Shown in pieces: positions 47,380 to 63,034 of a DNA stretch of 64,000 nt. Source of the stretch: Verrucomicrobiota bacterium. GTDB taxonomy: Bacteria; Verrucomicrobiota; Verrucomicrobiia; Limisphaerales; Palsa-1400. Position 1 is the stretch's first letter. Every line of letters starts with the position of its first letter. Below the pieces are notes generated by a model that had not been told where the DNA came from, ran no database searches, and worked only from the letters and a program-made list of their open reading frames with translations. Where the stretch lies: NCBI GenBank assembly GCA_049510745.1, contig JBEKYR010000001.1, forward strand, positions 192,001 to 256,000, in the 5' to 3' direction. Both the position numbers and the translations under genes were made by a program.

Positions 47380-47544
47380 CTTTCGCCGGAGTCGGCGGGA
47401 ATCTTCTGTCGGCGGGAATCTTCTTGCTTTGTGGCCGCCTGGTCCCCAACTTAACCGATGCGAAAACATATTGAACAATCCATTCAAATGAGAACGTTAT
47501 TCGCTGAGGCGAAGAAGGCAGCCTTTCCAAGTGACCGACTTGCC

Positions 47545-48603
47545 ATGAAACGCAGCATCTGTGCAGCTTTTGTCCCTGAATCACTCAACCTCCAACGCTT
47601 TTGCGCATTCGGCTTTGTTCCGCTCCTGATCGCGGCTGCGGCAACTGCCCAAGTGCCCGATGGCGCGAGAACCGATGGTGGGCCAGCAGCCAATCCGCCC
47701 GCAGCAACCAATGCCCCGGCGAATCCTGCTCGCCGGAACCTTGGAGGATTCGGCTTCGGTCGTCCTGCGCCGTTGCCTGCCGGTATTAAAGCCGAGCGAA
47801 ACATTCCCTACGTCGAGAACGGCCACCCCAATCAGGTCTTGGATCTTTTCCTGCCCGAGCAACCCTCCGATAAACCTTTGCCGCTGATGATCTGGATTCA
47901 CGGCGGCGCGTGGATGGGCGGCAGCCAGGCCAGTCCGCCCGTGCTGTATTTGGTGAGCAGGGGCTTTGCCGTGGCCAGCATCCAGCACCGGTTCTCTCAG
48001 GACGCCGTCTGGCCGGCGCAATCTTACGATTGCAAGGCGGCCATTCGCTTCCTCCGCGCCAACGCGGCCAAATACAACCTCGACGCCGATCACTTCGGTG
48101 TGGGCGGCGATTCCTCGGGCGGACATCTCGCCGCGTTTGTCGGCACCAGCGGCGATGTGAAAGAAATGGAAGGCGACCTGGGCAACACCAATGTCTCCAG
48201 CCGCGTGCAGGCCGTCGTGGATTGGTTCGGCCCCACCGACTTCACGCTCATGGCGCAGCAGTCAGGCCCCCACAGCATGATCCAGCACGAGACGCCCAAT
48301 TCGCCCGAAGCACGCCTTCTGGGCGGCCGGGTGCAAGAGAAGCCCGATTTGGCCAAGACGGCAAATCCGTTGACCTACATTGACAAGAACGATCCTCCTT
48401 TCTTGATCATGCATGGCGACAACGATCAATTGGTTCCGCTGGGACAGAGCGTTATCCTGGCCAAGGCGTTGATTGACGCCGGCGTCGAGGTGACCATGAA
48501 AACGATCGCCGGCGCCGGTCACGAAGGCCCGCAGTTCCGCAACGCGGAAAGCCGGCGGCTGATTGAGGAATTCCTTTCACGAAAGCTCAAGGTGGACAAG
48601 TGA
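47545..48603 (+). CDS. Secreted alpha/beta hydrolase (HSL-like esterase)
   Basis: IHGGAW, GDSSGG, HGDND, GH; start uncertain. Confidence 0.88.
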   Translation: MKRSICAAFVPESLNLQRFCAFGFVPLLIAAAATAQVPDGARTDGGPAANPPAATNAPANPARRNLGGFGFGRPAPLPAGIKAERNIPYVENGHPNQVLDLFLPEQPSDKPLPLMIWIHGGAWMGGSQASPPVLYLVSRGFAVASIQHRFSQDAVWPAQSYDCKAAIRFLRANAAKYNLDADHFGVGGDSSGGHLAAFVGTSGDVKEMEGDLGNTNVSSRVQAVVDWFGPTDFTLMAQQSGPHSMIQHETPNSPEARLLGGRVQEKPDLAKTANPLTYIDKNDPPFLIMHGDNDQLVPLGQSVILAKALIDAGVEVTMKTIAGAGHEGPQFRNAESRRLIEEFLSRKLKVDK

Positions 48604-48677
48604 CCGACACCTTCGTTCGTCACCCATGTGTTATGGCAAGAGTCCCCCAATTTACTCAAACAAATTTTTTTGTTCAT

Positions 48678-51208
<2,531 letters not shown>

Positions 51209-51234
51209 AAACGTCGGCCTATCCTTGCAATCCT

Positions 51235-53310
51235 GTGAAACGTCTCCTGTTCAAAATAATCTTCCTCACCGCCGCCTGGGCAGCCCAGGCGCAGTCCACA
51301 ACTCCTGTTGCCAACATTGACGCTGCCAAGCCGGGCCCGCCGATTTCTCCTTACGTTTACGGCCAGTTCCTCGAACACATTGGCAGCCTCATTTACAGCA
51401 GCCTCTGGAGCGAGATGCTCGATGACCGCAAGTTCTATTACGACGTGATGCTCAAACCAGCGGAAGCTCCCAACGCCGGCCAGCGTGGCGGGCCCGGTGG
51501 TTTCGGTCCAGGCCGCCGCCGCAATGTCGGGCCGGGACGGTGGAATCCGATCGGCCCGGTTGATTCCGTCGTCATGGACGCCAGCAATCCTTTCGTCGGT
51601 GATCACACGCCGTGGATCAAACTCGCCGGCTCCGAGCCTCGCGGCATCCGTCAGACCGGCGTTAATTTCACCCAGGGCGTCACCTACAATGGCCGCTTCC
51701 AGTTGGCCGGTGATCCCGGCGCGAAAGTTTCCGTCAACCTCGTCTGGGGCACCAATGACGGCGCGGCGCGCCAGACTGTTTCACTGGGCGAATTAAGCCC
51801 GGACTACAAGAGTTTTACGTTCTCATTCACGGCCGAAAACTCCGGCGCGGCACAAGTCGAAATCAGCGGCGCCGGCGCCGGGTCGTTCCACATTGGCGCG
51901 GTTTCCCTCATGCCCGCCGACAACCTCGACGGCTTCCGCCCCGATGCCATCGCCGTCCTCAAGAGCCTCCGCTCCGGCGTTTACCGCTTCCCCGGCGGCA
52001 ACTTTGTCTCCGCCCACGAATGGCGCAATGCCATTGGCGATCCCGACAAACGTCCGCCTGTCTATGATCCTGTTTGGCGCGCACTTCAACCCAACGACAT
52101 CGGCACTGACGAGTTCATGACCCTGTGCAAACTCCTCGGCGTCGAGCCTTACATCACTCTCAACGCCGGCCTTGGCGACGAGTGGTCCGCCGCTCAATAT
52201 GTCGAATACGCCAACGGCTCCGTCTCCACACCGATGGGCAGGTTGCGCGCCGGCAACGGCCATCCCGAACCTTATCACGTGAAGTTCTGGGGTATCGGCA
52301 ACGAAGCCTGGGGTTTCAGTTACCAGTATGGCGCCATGAAGCTCAATCAGTTTGAGTTTAAGCACAACCAGTTTGCCAGGGCCATGAAGCAAGCGGACCC
52401 GGCCATCAAACTGATCGCCTGCGGCGCCATGCCGGACACGATGACCGGTTCCAAGGAATCGTTGAACTTGGGCACCAATCTGGTTCCACCTTACCTCTCA
52501 CCGGCGGACTGGACCGGCGGACTGCTTTCAAACTGTTTCAACAACATTGATCTCATCAGCGAACACTTTTACAACTATGGCAACACACACTTCAGCCTCG
52601 CCGAAGGCCGCCAGGTGCCGAATGATCCCAACGAACCCGTCACGGACTGGATGCGCCGCCCGGCCAACCATATCCGCATCAAATACGAGGAATACAAGGA
52701 TTACGAGAAAATCTTTCCGCAGCTCGTTACCCGTCCGAAGCCGCTGAACATTGATGAATGGGCTTACATGGGCGGCCGTCATCCGGTTTACCCATCCTAC
52801 GCCTGGGTCTTCCATGAAATGTTCCGCCACTCGGACATGTTTCAAATGGCGGCTTACACCTTTGCCACCTCGCTGCTGGCGCGGGATGGAACGAACGTCT
52901 CGCTCAATGCCAACGGCCTCGTTTTCAAAATCTACCGCGACCACTTTGGTTCGATCCCAGTCGATGTTTCCGGCAACTCGCCGCAACCCAAACCCACCGA
53001 TCCTCCGGGCGGCGAGCAACCCGTGGTTAACGCCGGCAGCGACACCTTTCCTGTCGATGTCGCCGCGGCTTGGACCGAAGATCATCGTGCTCTTACAGTG
53101 GCTGTCTTGAATCCCACCGATGTGGATCAACCGCTCAAGCTCAATGTCACCGGCGCCGCGCTTTCCGGCAAGGGCACCCTGTGGCGGCTTGCGTCCGCTG
53201 GCAACAGCGGCCAGAATCCCAGCATCAGCAATTCCCCGGTTGATGCCGTCCCCGATTCGCTCACCCTGCCGCCGTTCAGCGTGAATATCTACGAGCTCAC
53301 GGTGAGATAA
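51235..53310 (+). CDS. GH51 alpha-L-arabinofuranosidase
   Basis: YGQFLEH, RFPGGNF, GTDEF, WGIGNE, IDEW. Confidence 0.93.
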   Translation: MKRLLFKIIFLTAAWAAQAQSTTPVANIDAAKPGPPISPYVYGQFLEHIGSLIYSSLWSEMLDDRKFYYDVMLKPAEAPNAGQRGGPGGFGPGRRRNVGPGRWNPIGPVDSVVMDASNPFVGDHTPWIKLAGSEPRGIRQTGVNFTQGVTYNGRFQLAGDPGAKVSVNLVWGTNDGAARQTVSLGELSPDYKSFTFSFTAENSGAAQVEISGAGAGSFHIGAVSLMPADNLDGFRPDAIAVLKSLRSGVYRFPGGNFVSAHEWRNAIGDPDKRPPVYDPVWRALQPNDIGTDEFMTLCKLLGVEPYITLNAGLGDEWSAAQYVEYANGSVSTPMGRLRAGNGHPEPYHVKFWGIGNEAWGFSYQYGAMKLNQFEFKHNQFARAMKQADPAIKLIACGAMPDTMTGSKESLNLGTNLVPPYLSPADWTGGLLSNCFNNIDLISEHFYNYGNTHFSLAEGRQVPNDPNEPVTDWMRRPANHIRIKYEEYKDYEKIFPQLVTRPKPLNIDEWAYMGGRHPVYPSYAWVFHEMFRHSDMFQMAAYTFATSLLARDGTNVSLNANGLVFKIYRDHFGSIPVDVSGNSPQPKPTDPPGGEQPVVNAGSDTFPVDVAAAWTEDHRALTVAVLNPTDVDQPLKLNVTGAALSGKGTLWRLASAGNSGQNPSISNSPVDAVPDSLTLPPFSVNIYELTVR

Positions 53311-53456
53311 TTAGCTCCACCATGGCGCCGGTTTTTCCAACGAGTCGCCGGTTGATTGCTCGCGAGCAAAGTCGCCGGCATGTTGTATCTGATTCGGGCG
53401 GTTTAACGCTGCCTCGTCGGATTCCCCATCCCCGCCTCACAACTATAGCAGATCGA

Positions 53457-55541
53457 ATGAACAAATCCCTCGTTTCAATTGCTGCCGTTTTACTGCTGAT
53501 TAACGGCGGCGCCATCTCCATCCTCGCCGCGTCGCCAAGCTCGGCCAAACTCCCCGCCGCCGCGATGCAACACTGGACTGCCGACAACGGCAACGGCACC
53601 TACTCCAACCCGCTGTTTTACGAGGAGTTCGAGGACCCGGACCCCATCCGCGTCGGCAACGACTATTATCTCGCCAGCACCACGATGCACATGAATCCGG
53701 CTGTCATCATCATGCATTCCAAGGACCTCGTGAACTGGGAACTTGCCGGCTACTGCATGGATCGGCTGGACTTGGGACCGGCCTTCCGTCTGGAGGGTGG
53801 AAACATCTATGGCAACGGCATCTGGGCGCCTTGCATCCGTTACCACGATGGGATGTTCTATGTCTTCTGCAACGTCAACCGGGCGGGCTTGCAGATTTTC
53901 CGCTCCAAGTCCGCCAGCGGCCCCTGGCAGCGCAACCAGATCCAGGGTTTCCATGACCTGTCGGTTCTTTTCGATGATGACGGCAAGATCTATCTCGTCT
54001 TCGGCAACAGGAATCCCTACACTATCCTGGAACTCAACAAGGACCTCACCGATGTGGTCCCCGGCGCCACCCACCAAATGAACGCCCCGGGCCTGGGCGA
54101 AGGCCACCACCTCTACAAGATTAACGGCAAATACTATGACATTTCCGCCATCCCTGGCGCCCAAACGGACCAGATGGTCGCCCGCGCGGATTCAATTGAC
54201 GGGCCTTGGCAGGTTGAGCGCATGGTCCAAGGCGAGTCGTTGGGCGTACCCTCCCAGCCCCCACTGCGCGGCAGCGGTCCCAGCCCGAAGGACCGCGGTT
54301 TGACCCTGCATCAGGGCGGCATGGTTGACACCCCCTCCGGCCAATGGTGGAGCATCATCATGCAAGATCATGGCAGCATTGGCCGCATGGTTGCGCTGGT
54401 TCCAATCACCTGGGACAACGGTTTCCCGATCATCGGCCTGCCGGGCAATCTCCGCAAAGCACCCAATACTTGGATCAAGCCCGACACCGGCTACACTCAG
54501 GATCCCAAGCCGGCCTTTGTCCACGAGGACAACTTTGACGGCGGCAAGCTCAACCCGCTCTGGCAGTGGAATCATGTCCCGGATGACAGCAAGTGGTCGG
54601 TCACGGAAAAGCCCGGCATGCTGCGTCTCCATTCCCTGCCCGCAAGCGACTTCTACACCGCCCGCAACAGCATCTGCCAGCGGCCGCCCGGACCCGAATC
54701 CATCATGACCGTCGAACTGGACGGCTCGGGCTTGGCTGCCGGAGACACGGCGGGTCTGGCACTGTTGAGTAATCCTTATGCGTGGATTGGCCTGGTGAAA
54801 TCCGCCGATGGCCTCACCCTGCGGATGTTTGATCAAACCACTCGCAAGACCAACGACGCCCCGGTTAACCCAACCCGCGTCTGGCTGCGCGTTGCCTGCA
54901 ACTTTGACACCGATTATGCCATTTTCAGTTGGAGCACTGACGGCAAGCAATTCACGCCGCTCGGTGACCCCTTCACCATGACCTTCCAGCTTAGGACCTT
55001 CCAGGGCGTTCGTCCCGCCCTGTTCAACTACAACACGTCCGGCCAGCCCGGCGGCTATGCCGACTTCGACAACTACACGGTCGAGGAACCGCGAGCACGG
55101 GGCATCGAACGCATGATTCCCTTGAGCAAGACCATTACGCTGACCGGCGGCGCCGACGGCAGTTTGCTGGCTGTTGACACCCAAAGCATGTCGTTGGCCA
55201 GTGTGCCAGCCGATTCGGCTAACGTGGTCGCGCAGAACGTTCAATTCCAAGTCGTAGATCTCGGCACGGGCCGTGTGGCGCTGAAGGCTTCCAACGGCCG
55301 GTTCGTTTCCGCCGCTGACAACGCTGTTGCGTTGAAGGACCTTGCCGGAAAAACGCCTGGCGATGCGGAATCCTTTCAATGGGTCAACTTAATGCGCGGC
55401 GACGCCATGCTCATGTCTCTGGTCAATCATCGCTATTTGGCCACCAAACCCAACGAGCCAGGACCGGTCACGGTTTCCGGCGCCGGTCCGCGACCCGACC
55501 GCAAAGACGGCGCGTGTTTCAAATGGAAAGCAGTCGAATGA
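53457..55541 (+). CDS. GH43 beta-xylosidase/arabinosidase with beta-sandwich and C-terminal beta-trefoil-like domain
   Basis: EDPDPIRVG, IWAP, FDDDGK, EGHH, HQGGMV, WQWNH. Confidence 0.9.
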   Translation: MNKSLVSIAAVLLLINGGAISILAASPSSAKLPAAAMQHWTADNGNGTYSNPLFYEEFEDPDPIRVGNDYYLASTTMHMNPAVIIMHSKDLVNWELAGYCMDRLDLGPAFRLEGGNIYGNGIWAPCIRYHDGMFYVFCNVNRAGLQIFRSKSASGPWQRNQIQGFHDLSVLFDDDGKIYLVFGNRNPYTILELNKDLTDVVPGATHQMNAPGLGEGHHLYKINGKYYDISAIPGAQTDQMVARADSIDGPWQVERMVQGESLGVPSQPPLRGSGPSPKDRGLTLHQGGMVDTPSGQWWSIIMQDHGSIGRMVALVPITWDNGFPIIGLPGNLRKAPNTWIKPDTGYTQDPKPAFVHEDNFDGGKLNPLWQWNHVPDDSKWSVTEKPGMLRLHSLPASDFYTARNSICQRPPGPESIMTVELDGSGLAAGDTAGLALLSNPYAWIGLVKSADGLTLRMFDQTTRKTNDAPVNPTRVWLRVACNFDTDYAIFSWSTDGKQFTPLGDPFTMTFQLRTFQGVRPALFNYNTSGQPGGYADFDNYTVEEPRARGIERMIPLSKTITLTGGADGSLLAVDTQSMSLASVPADSANVVAQNVQFQVVDLGTGRVALKASNGRFVSAADNAVALKDLAGKTPGDAESFQWVNLMRGDAMLMSLVNHRYLATKPNEPGPVTVSGAGPRPDRKDGACFKWKAVE

Positions 55542-55630
55542 AACGCGACGCCGTCAGTTCGATTTTACAAGTTGTTGGCGCTGTGCCACCATGAGATCGC
55601 ACCAAAAACGATGGCCTTTTTACTTGATAG

Positions 55631-57604
55631 ATGATCATCCAAAAATACAGACAAACGCTGGCCGTTCTTCTGGCATTCGGAACTTTGGCCGTCTCCGTCC
55701 AGGCCCAGGGCCATTACAGAAGCTTCATCGTCTCCACTTATGCGACGCAGGGAACGGTGCAACGCCTGATGGACGGCAATCTTGACCCTGCGGAGTCTTG
55801 GTCTAATCTCACGCGCAATCTCAAGATTGACAAAATCTATATCGAGGTCATGCGCAACCACACGCTCGTGGACGAGGCTGGCCTTGAGAAACTCAGAAAG
55901 TTCTACCAAGACCAAGGCGTGCAGGTTTGTGGCGGCTTGGCCTTTAGCGTTAGCGAAGCCAATGGCTACCAGGGTTTCGACTACGCCGATCCGGAAAACC
56001 GCGCCTTCGCAAAAAAAGCCGTGGAACTGGCCGCCCGCCATTTCGATGAAATCCTGCTCGACGATTACTTCTTCTTCGACCGCAAGACGGATTACGACAT
56101 CAAGGCCAAAGGCAACAAATCCTGGACACAATACCGCCTGAAAACCATGCGCGAAGTCGCGAATGACCTTGTCGTCAAACCGGCCAAAGCGGTCAATCCC
56201 AAGTGCAAGGTCATCATCAAGATGGCCAACTGGTATGACCAATACGCCGGCATGGGCAACGACACCGAAAAAGTCCCTCTCATTGCCGACGGCATGTTCT
56301 CCGGCACGGAATCCCGTCTCTGGGTCGGACAGGAGCAGCACCTTCAGCCCTACCTCAGCTACGACATCATGCGGTTCATGGACAACCTCAAGCCGGGCGT
56401 CAACAAAGGCGGCTGGGTTGACCAAGGCGGCTCCAATCCGATTGACCGGTATTCTGAAGAACTGTTGGATACGGTTTTTGCCCGCTGTCCCGAGATGTGT
56501 TGTTTCCACTATGGCGGCATGCTCATGCGCATCCGTCCGAATTCCATCAACAGCCGCACCTGGTCCAACCAACCAACCAGCCTGAATCTCGCTGAAGTGC
56601 AGAAAACCCTCGGCCCCGATGACACCCTTGCTTTCGCCGACATCGCCGCCTACACGCTGGGGAAGGTTGACCAGGTGTTGACCAATGTCGGCAAGCCGGT
56701 TGGCATCAAGACCTACACCCCCTCTCACGCCACGGGCGAAGAGTTCGTGCATGATTATTTGGGCATGATCGGCCTGCCGATGGACATCTTCCCGCAATTT
56801 CCAATAAATGCCGACATGGTTCTGCTGACCGAACAGGCCAAGTTTGATCCCGACATCATTCAAAAAATTAAAACCCAGCTCGAAGCTGGCAAATCGGTCT
56901 GCGTTACCTCGGGCTTTTTGCGTGCCATGAAGGGTAAAGGCATGGAAGACATCTGCGAAGTTGAAACCACCGGCGCCACCGTGCCCGTGCGGCGCTTCGC
57001 TTTCGCCGGCGGTCCAGGAGCGCCGTTTCCAGGCCGCGGCATGGCCCGACGCGACGGCGAGCCTGATCCGTTAGCGGCTGCGCGCGACATCCTCATTCCC
57101 GAAATCAAGTATGCCAACATCCTGACCCACGATGCGTGGGGCGACGCCTTGGGCATCTCCGCCGGTGGCACGACTTATCCGGTCGTCCTCTCTTGTGAGT
57201 ACTCCAAGGGCAAATTCTATGTCCTGACCATCCCCAACGATCCTGCGGACCTTTACGCTCTCCCGCCAGCCGTGCTTTCGGTGATCCGGGCCGCGCTGGG
57301 AAGGACTGAACCTGTTCGCATTGATAACGCGCCGGCGCAGGTCGCATTGTTTCGTTACGATAATAATACGTTCATCGTTCAAAATTACCTCTCCACCCAG
57401 GCCGAGGTCACGGTTTCCGTGGCTGGCACCGCAACGGAGATTCACGATTTATTGACGGGAAAAACTTTGTCTGCCGCGCCAGAACCCGACCGCGGCTTCG
57501 GGCGCGGCGGCTTTGGCGGACGTGGCCCGGCCGCTCCGCCGCGGCGCACGTCATTCACGTTCACCGTGCCGCCGCATTCCTATCTGCCTTTCGCCGCCAA
57601 ATGA
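55631..57604 (+). CDS. Secreted uncharacterised protein, possible glycoside hydrolase-like barrel
   Basis: Signal peptide, EILLDDYFF, GTESR; embedded in the CAZyme cluster. Confidence 0.6.
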   Translation: MIIQKYRQTLAVLLAFGTLAVSVQAQGHYRSFIVSTYATQGTVQRLMDGNLDPAESWSNLTRNLKIDKIYIEVMRNHTLVDEAGLEKLRKFYQDQGVQVCGGLAFSVSEANGYQGFDYADPENRAFAKKAVELAARHFDEILLDDYFFFDRKTDYDIKAKGNKSWTQYRLKTMREVANDLVVKPAKAVNPKCKVIIKMANWYDQYAGMGNDTEKVPLIADGMFSGTESRLWVGQEQHLQPYLSYDIMRFMDNLKPGVNKGGWVDQGGSNPIDRYSEELLDTVFARCPEMCCFHYGGMLMRIRPNSINSRTWSNQPTSLNLAEVQKTLGPDDTLAFADIAAYTLGKVDQVLTNVGKPVGIKTYTPSHATGEEFVHDYLGMIGLPMDIFPQFPINADMVLLTEQAKFDPDIIQKIKTQLEAGKSVCVTSGFLRAMKGKGMEDICEVETTGATVPVRRFAFAGGPGAPFPGRGMARRDGEPDPLAAARDILIPEIKYANILTHDAWGDALGISAGGTTYPVVLSCEYSKGKFYVLTIPNDPADLYALPPAVLSVIRAALGRTEPVRIDNAPAQVALFRYDNNTFIVQNYLSTQAEVTVSVAGTATEIHDLLTGKTLSAAPEPDRGFGRGGFGGRGPAAPPRRTSFTFTVPPHSYLPFAAK

Positions 57605-57689
57605 GCGCCCTAACCCACCCTCTTGAATGGGGAACAGCCCTTGAACATACGACACTCGTCATATATTCCCGGGAGGTTCACCCAAGTAA

Positions 57690-60711
<3,022 letters not shown>

Positions 60712-60843
60712 GCCAACCGCGAAGCTCCGCTGTTTGGGAGAACAAACCGCTCACCCTCGGCGGCAACGCGAGATTTTCAATTGTGACTCCGATATGAGAC
60801 GAGCCTGGCGACGAAACCAATTCCCCTCCCAAACCTTACACTC

Positions 60844-62133
60844 ATGAAAACTCACATTCCAAACTTCAACTCACGATTCACTCTGCTGACTTCTGCGCTG
60901 CTGGCCATTGGTGCAACGGCACGGTCTGCCGGCATTTCCACCCTCAAGGACGCCTACAAAGATCAGTTCTATGTTGGCGTGGCCATCAACCGCACCATTG
61001 CGATGAGCACGGGGGTCCGCGCGGACAACGTCAACCGGACCCAGGAACAGGTCAACAAAGACATTGCTCTCGTCAAGGAACAGTTCAACCAGATTGCTCC
61101 GGAAAACGACCTGAAGTGGGCGCTCATCCATCCGCAGGAAGGCCCGGACGGCTATAATTTCGGCCCGTCTGACGCTTATGTGAACTTCGGCGTGAGCAAT
61201 AACATGTATATCGTGGGACACACACTCGTCTGGCACGCCCAGACGCCCAACTGGGTATTCGCCGGCACGAATCCGCCTCCGCGAGCCACCAACGCCTCAC
61301 CCGACGCCGTCACGACCACGAATGCGCCCGGGACAAACGCGCCGGAGCGGGGAAGTTTTGGCCGTGGTTTCGGCGGCGGTTTCGGTCGCGGCGGTTTCGG
61401 GTACAACGGACCGCGCGCGTCGCGCGAGGAGTTGCTCCAGCGGATGCGCGATCACATTCACACCGTCGTCGGCCGCTACAAGGGCAAGATCAAGGTCTGG
61501 GACGTCGTGAACGAGGCAATCGCCAACGGGGGCACCAACCTGCTGCGGAACTCGCTCTGGCTGCAAATCATCGGGCCGGACTTCATCGCCAAGGCCTTCG
61601 AATACGCCCACGAAGCCGATCCGGACGCGATCCTCCGCTACAACGACTATGGACTGGAGAATCCGGGAAAACGCCGCAAACTGATCACTCTGATCAAGTC
61701 CCTGCAGGAACAACACGTTCCGGTGATGGCCATTGGCTCGCAAACCCACGTCAGCGTTTCTTCGCCGAGCTTTGAGGCCGAAGATGCCGCTCTGACAGAA
61801 CTCGAACAGCTCGGGCTGCCCATTCACATCACCGAACTCGACGTCAACAGCGCGCAGGGCGGGCAGCGCGATACCGGGGCGGACATCGCCAACAACGCCG
61901 CGACCACCCAGGGCGGCCTCGTCGATAACGCCAATCAGCGACTCGCCAGTCAGTATGCCACGCTCTTCCGCGTGTTTCTAAAGCACCGCAATTCCGTGAA
62001 GGTGGTCACTTTCTGGGGCGTAAACGACGGCGTTTCCTGGCGCGCCGGTGGACGTCCGCTGCTGTTCGACGCCAAAGATCAACCCAAGCCGGCCTTGGAC
62101 GCGGTCATTGGCGCCGCAACACTTCAACATTAA
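60844..62133 (+). CDS. GH10 endo-1,4-beta-xylanase
   Basis: PENDLKW, GHTLVWH, WDVVNE, YNDY, ITELD, TFWG. Confidence 0.96.
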   Translation: MKTHIPNFNSRFTLLTSALLAIGATARSAGISTLKDAYKDQFYVGVAINRTIAMSTGVRADNVNRTQEQVNKDIALVKEQFNQIAPENDLKWALIHPQEGPDGYNFGPSDAYVNFGVSNNMYIVGHTLVWHAQTPNWVFAGTNPPPRATNASPDAVTTTNAPGTNAPERGSFGRGFGGGFGRGGFGYNGPRASREELLQRMRDHIHTVVGRYKGKIKVWDVVNEAIANGGTNLLRNSLWLQIIGPDFIAKAFEYAHEADPDAILRYNDYGLENPGKRRKLITLIKSLQEQHVPVMAIGSQTHVSVSSPSFEAEDAALTELEQLGLPIHITELDVNSAQGGQRDTGADIANNAATTQGGLVDNANQRLASQYATLFRVFLKHRNSVKVVTFWGVNDGVSWRAGGRPLLFDAKDQPKPALDAVIGAATLQH

Positions 62134-62144
62134 AACCAACTGTC

Positions 62145-62999
62145 ATGAAAATGAAACCGGGATTGTTCATGCTGGCGGGATTATTCTTTTTGAACGTGAA
62201 CGCTTTTTCTCAGGATACGAATCTTTTCGTTTTCCTGTGCTTTGGACAGTCAAACATGGAGGGCTTTCCAGGAATTGAACAACAAGACAAGACGCCAGTG
62301 GATGCTCGCTTTCAGGTCTTGGCCGCTGTTGATTTTCCAAACCTGGGCAGAAAAACGGGTAATTGGTATCCTGCTGTCCCTCCGCTGTGCCGAAGCTCTT
62401 CAGGTCTATGCCCGGCCGATTATTTTGGCAGAACGATGGTTTCCAATCTGCCGGCAAACATCAGGGTGGGTATTGTCAATGTTTCCGTCGCCGGCTGCAA
62501 AATTGAACTGTTCGACAAGACTAATTACCAGTCATACGCATCAACGGCGCCCCCGTGGATGACTAACATCATCAACGCCTACGGCGGAAATCCCTATGCG
62601 CACCTTGTCGAGATGGGAAAACTGGCCCAGAAAGACGGGGTCATTAAAGGGATTCTGTTGCATCAGGGAGAATCGAACACGAACGACAAGGAATGGCCGG
62701 ACAAAGTCAAAGGTATCTACGACAATCTGATCAAGGACTTGAATCTCAAGGCCGGAGAAGTGCCGCTGCTCGCGGGTGAACTCGTCGATGCTGATCAAAA
62801 AGGCGCTTGTGCGGGCATGAATACAATCATTGACGGGTTGCCTGGAACAATTCCCAATTCGTACGTCATTTCTTCGATGGGTTGCACCAGCCGTCCAGAC
62901 CATCTGCATTTCAATCCGGCAGGCTACAGAGAGTTGGGAAAGCGATACGCGGAGAAAATGCTTTCAATACTGGGTTATAAGATGACCGATCCCAAATGA
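62145..62999 (+). CDS. CE6/SASA acetyl xylan esterase
   Basis: FGQSNM, HQGESN, DHLH. Confidence 0.92.
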   Translation: MKMKPGLFMLAGLFFLNVNAFSQDTNLFVFLCFGQSNMEGFPGIEQQDKTPVDARFQVLAAVDFPNLGRKTGNWYPAVPPLCRSSSGLCPADYFGRTMVSNLPANIRVGIVNVSVAGCKIELFDKTNYQSYASTAPPWMTNIINAYGGNPYAHLVEMGKLAQKDGVIKGILLHQGESNTNDKEWPDKVKGIYDNLIKDLNLKAGEVPLLAGELVDADQKGACAGMNTIIDGLPGTIPNSYVISSMGCTSRPDHLHFNPAGYRELGKRYAEKMLSILGYKMTDPK

Positions 63000-63034
63000 C
63001 CTGAAGCGGCTTCCAAATCCGGCGCCATCCCCCA

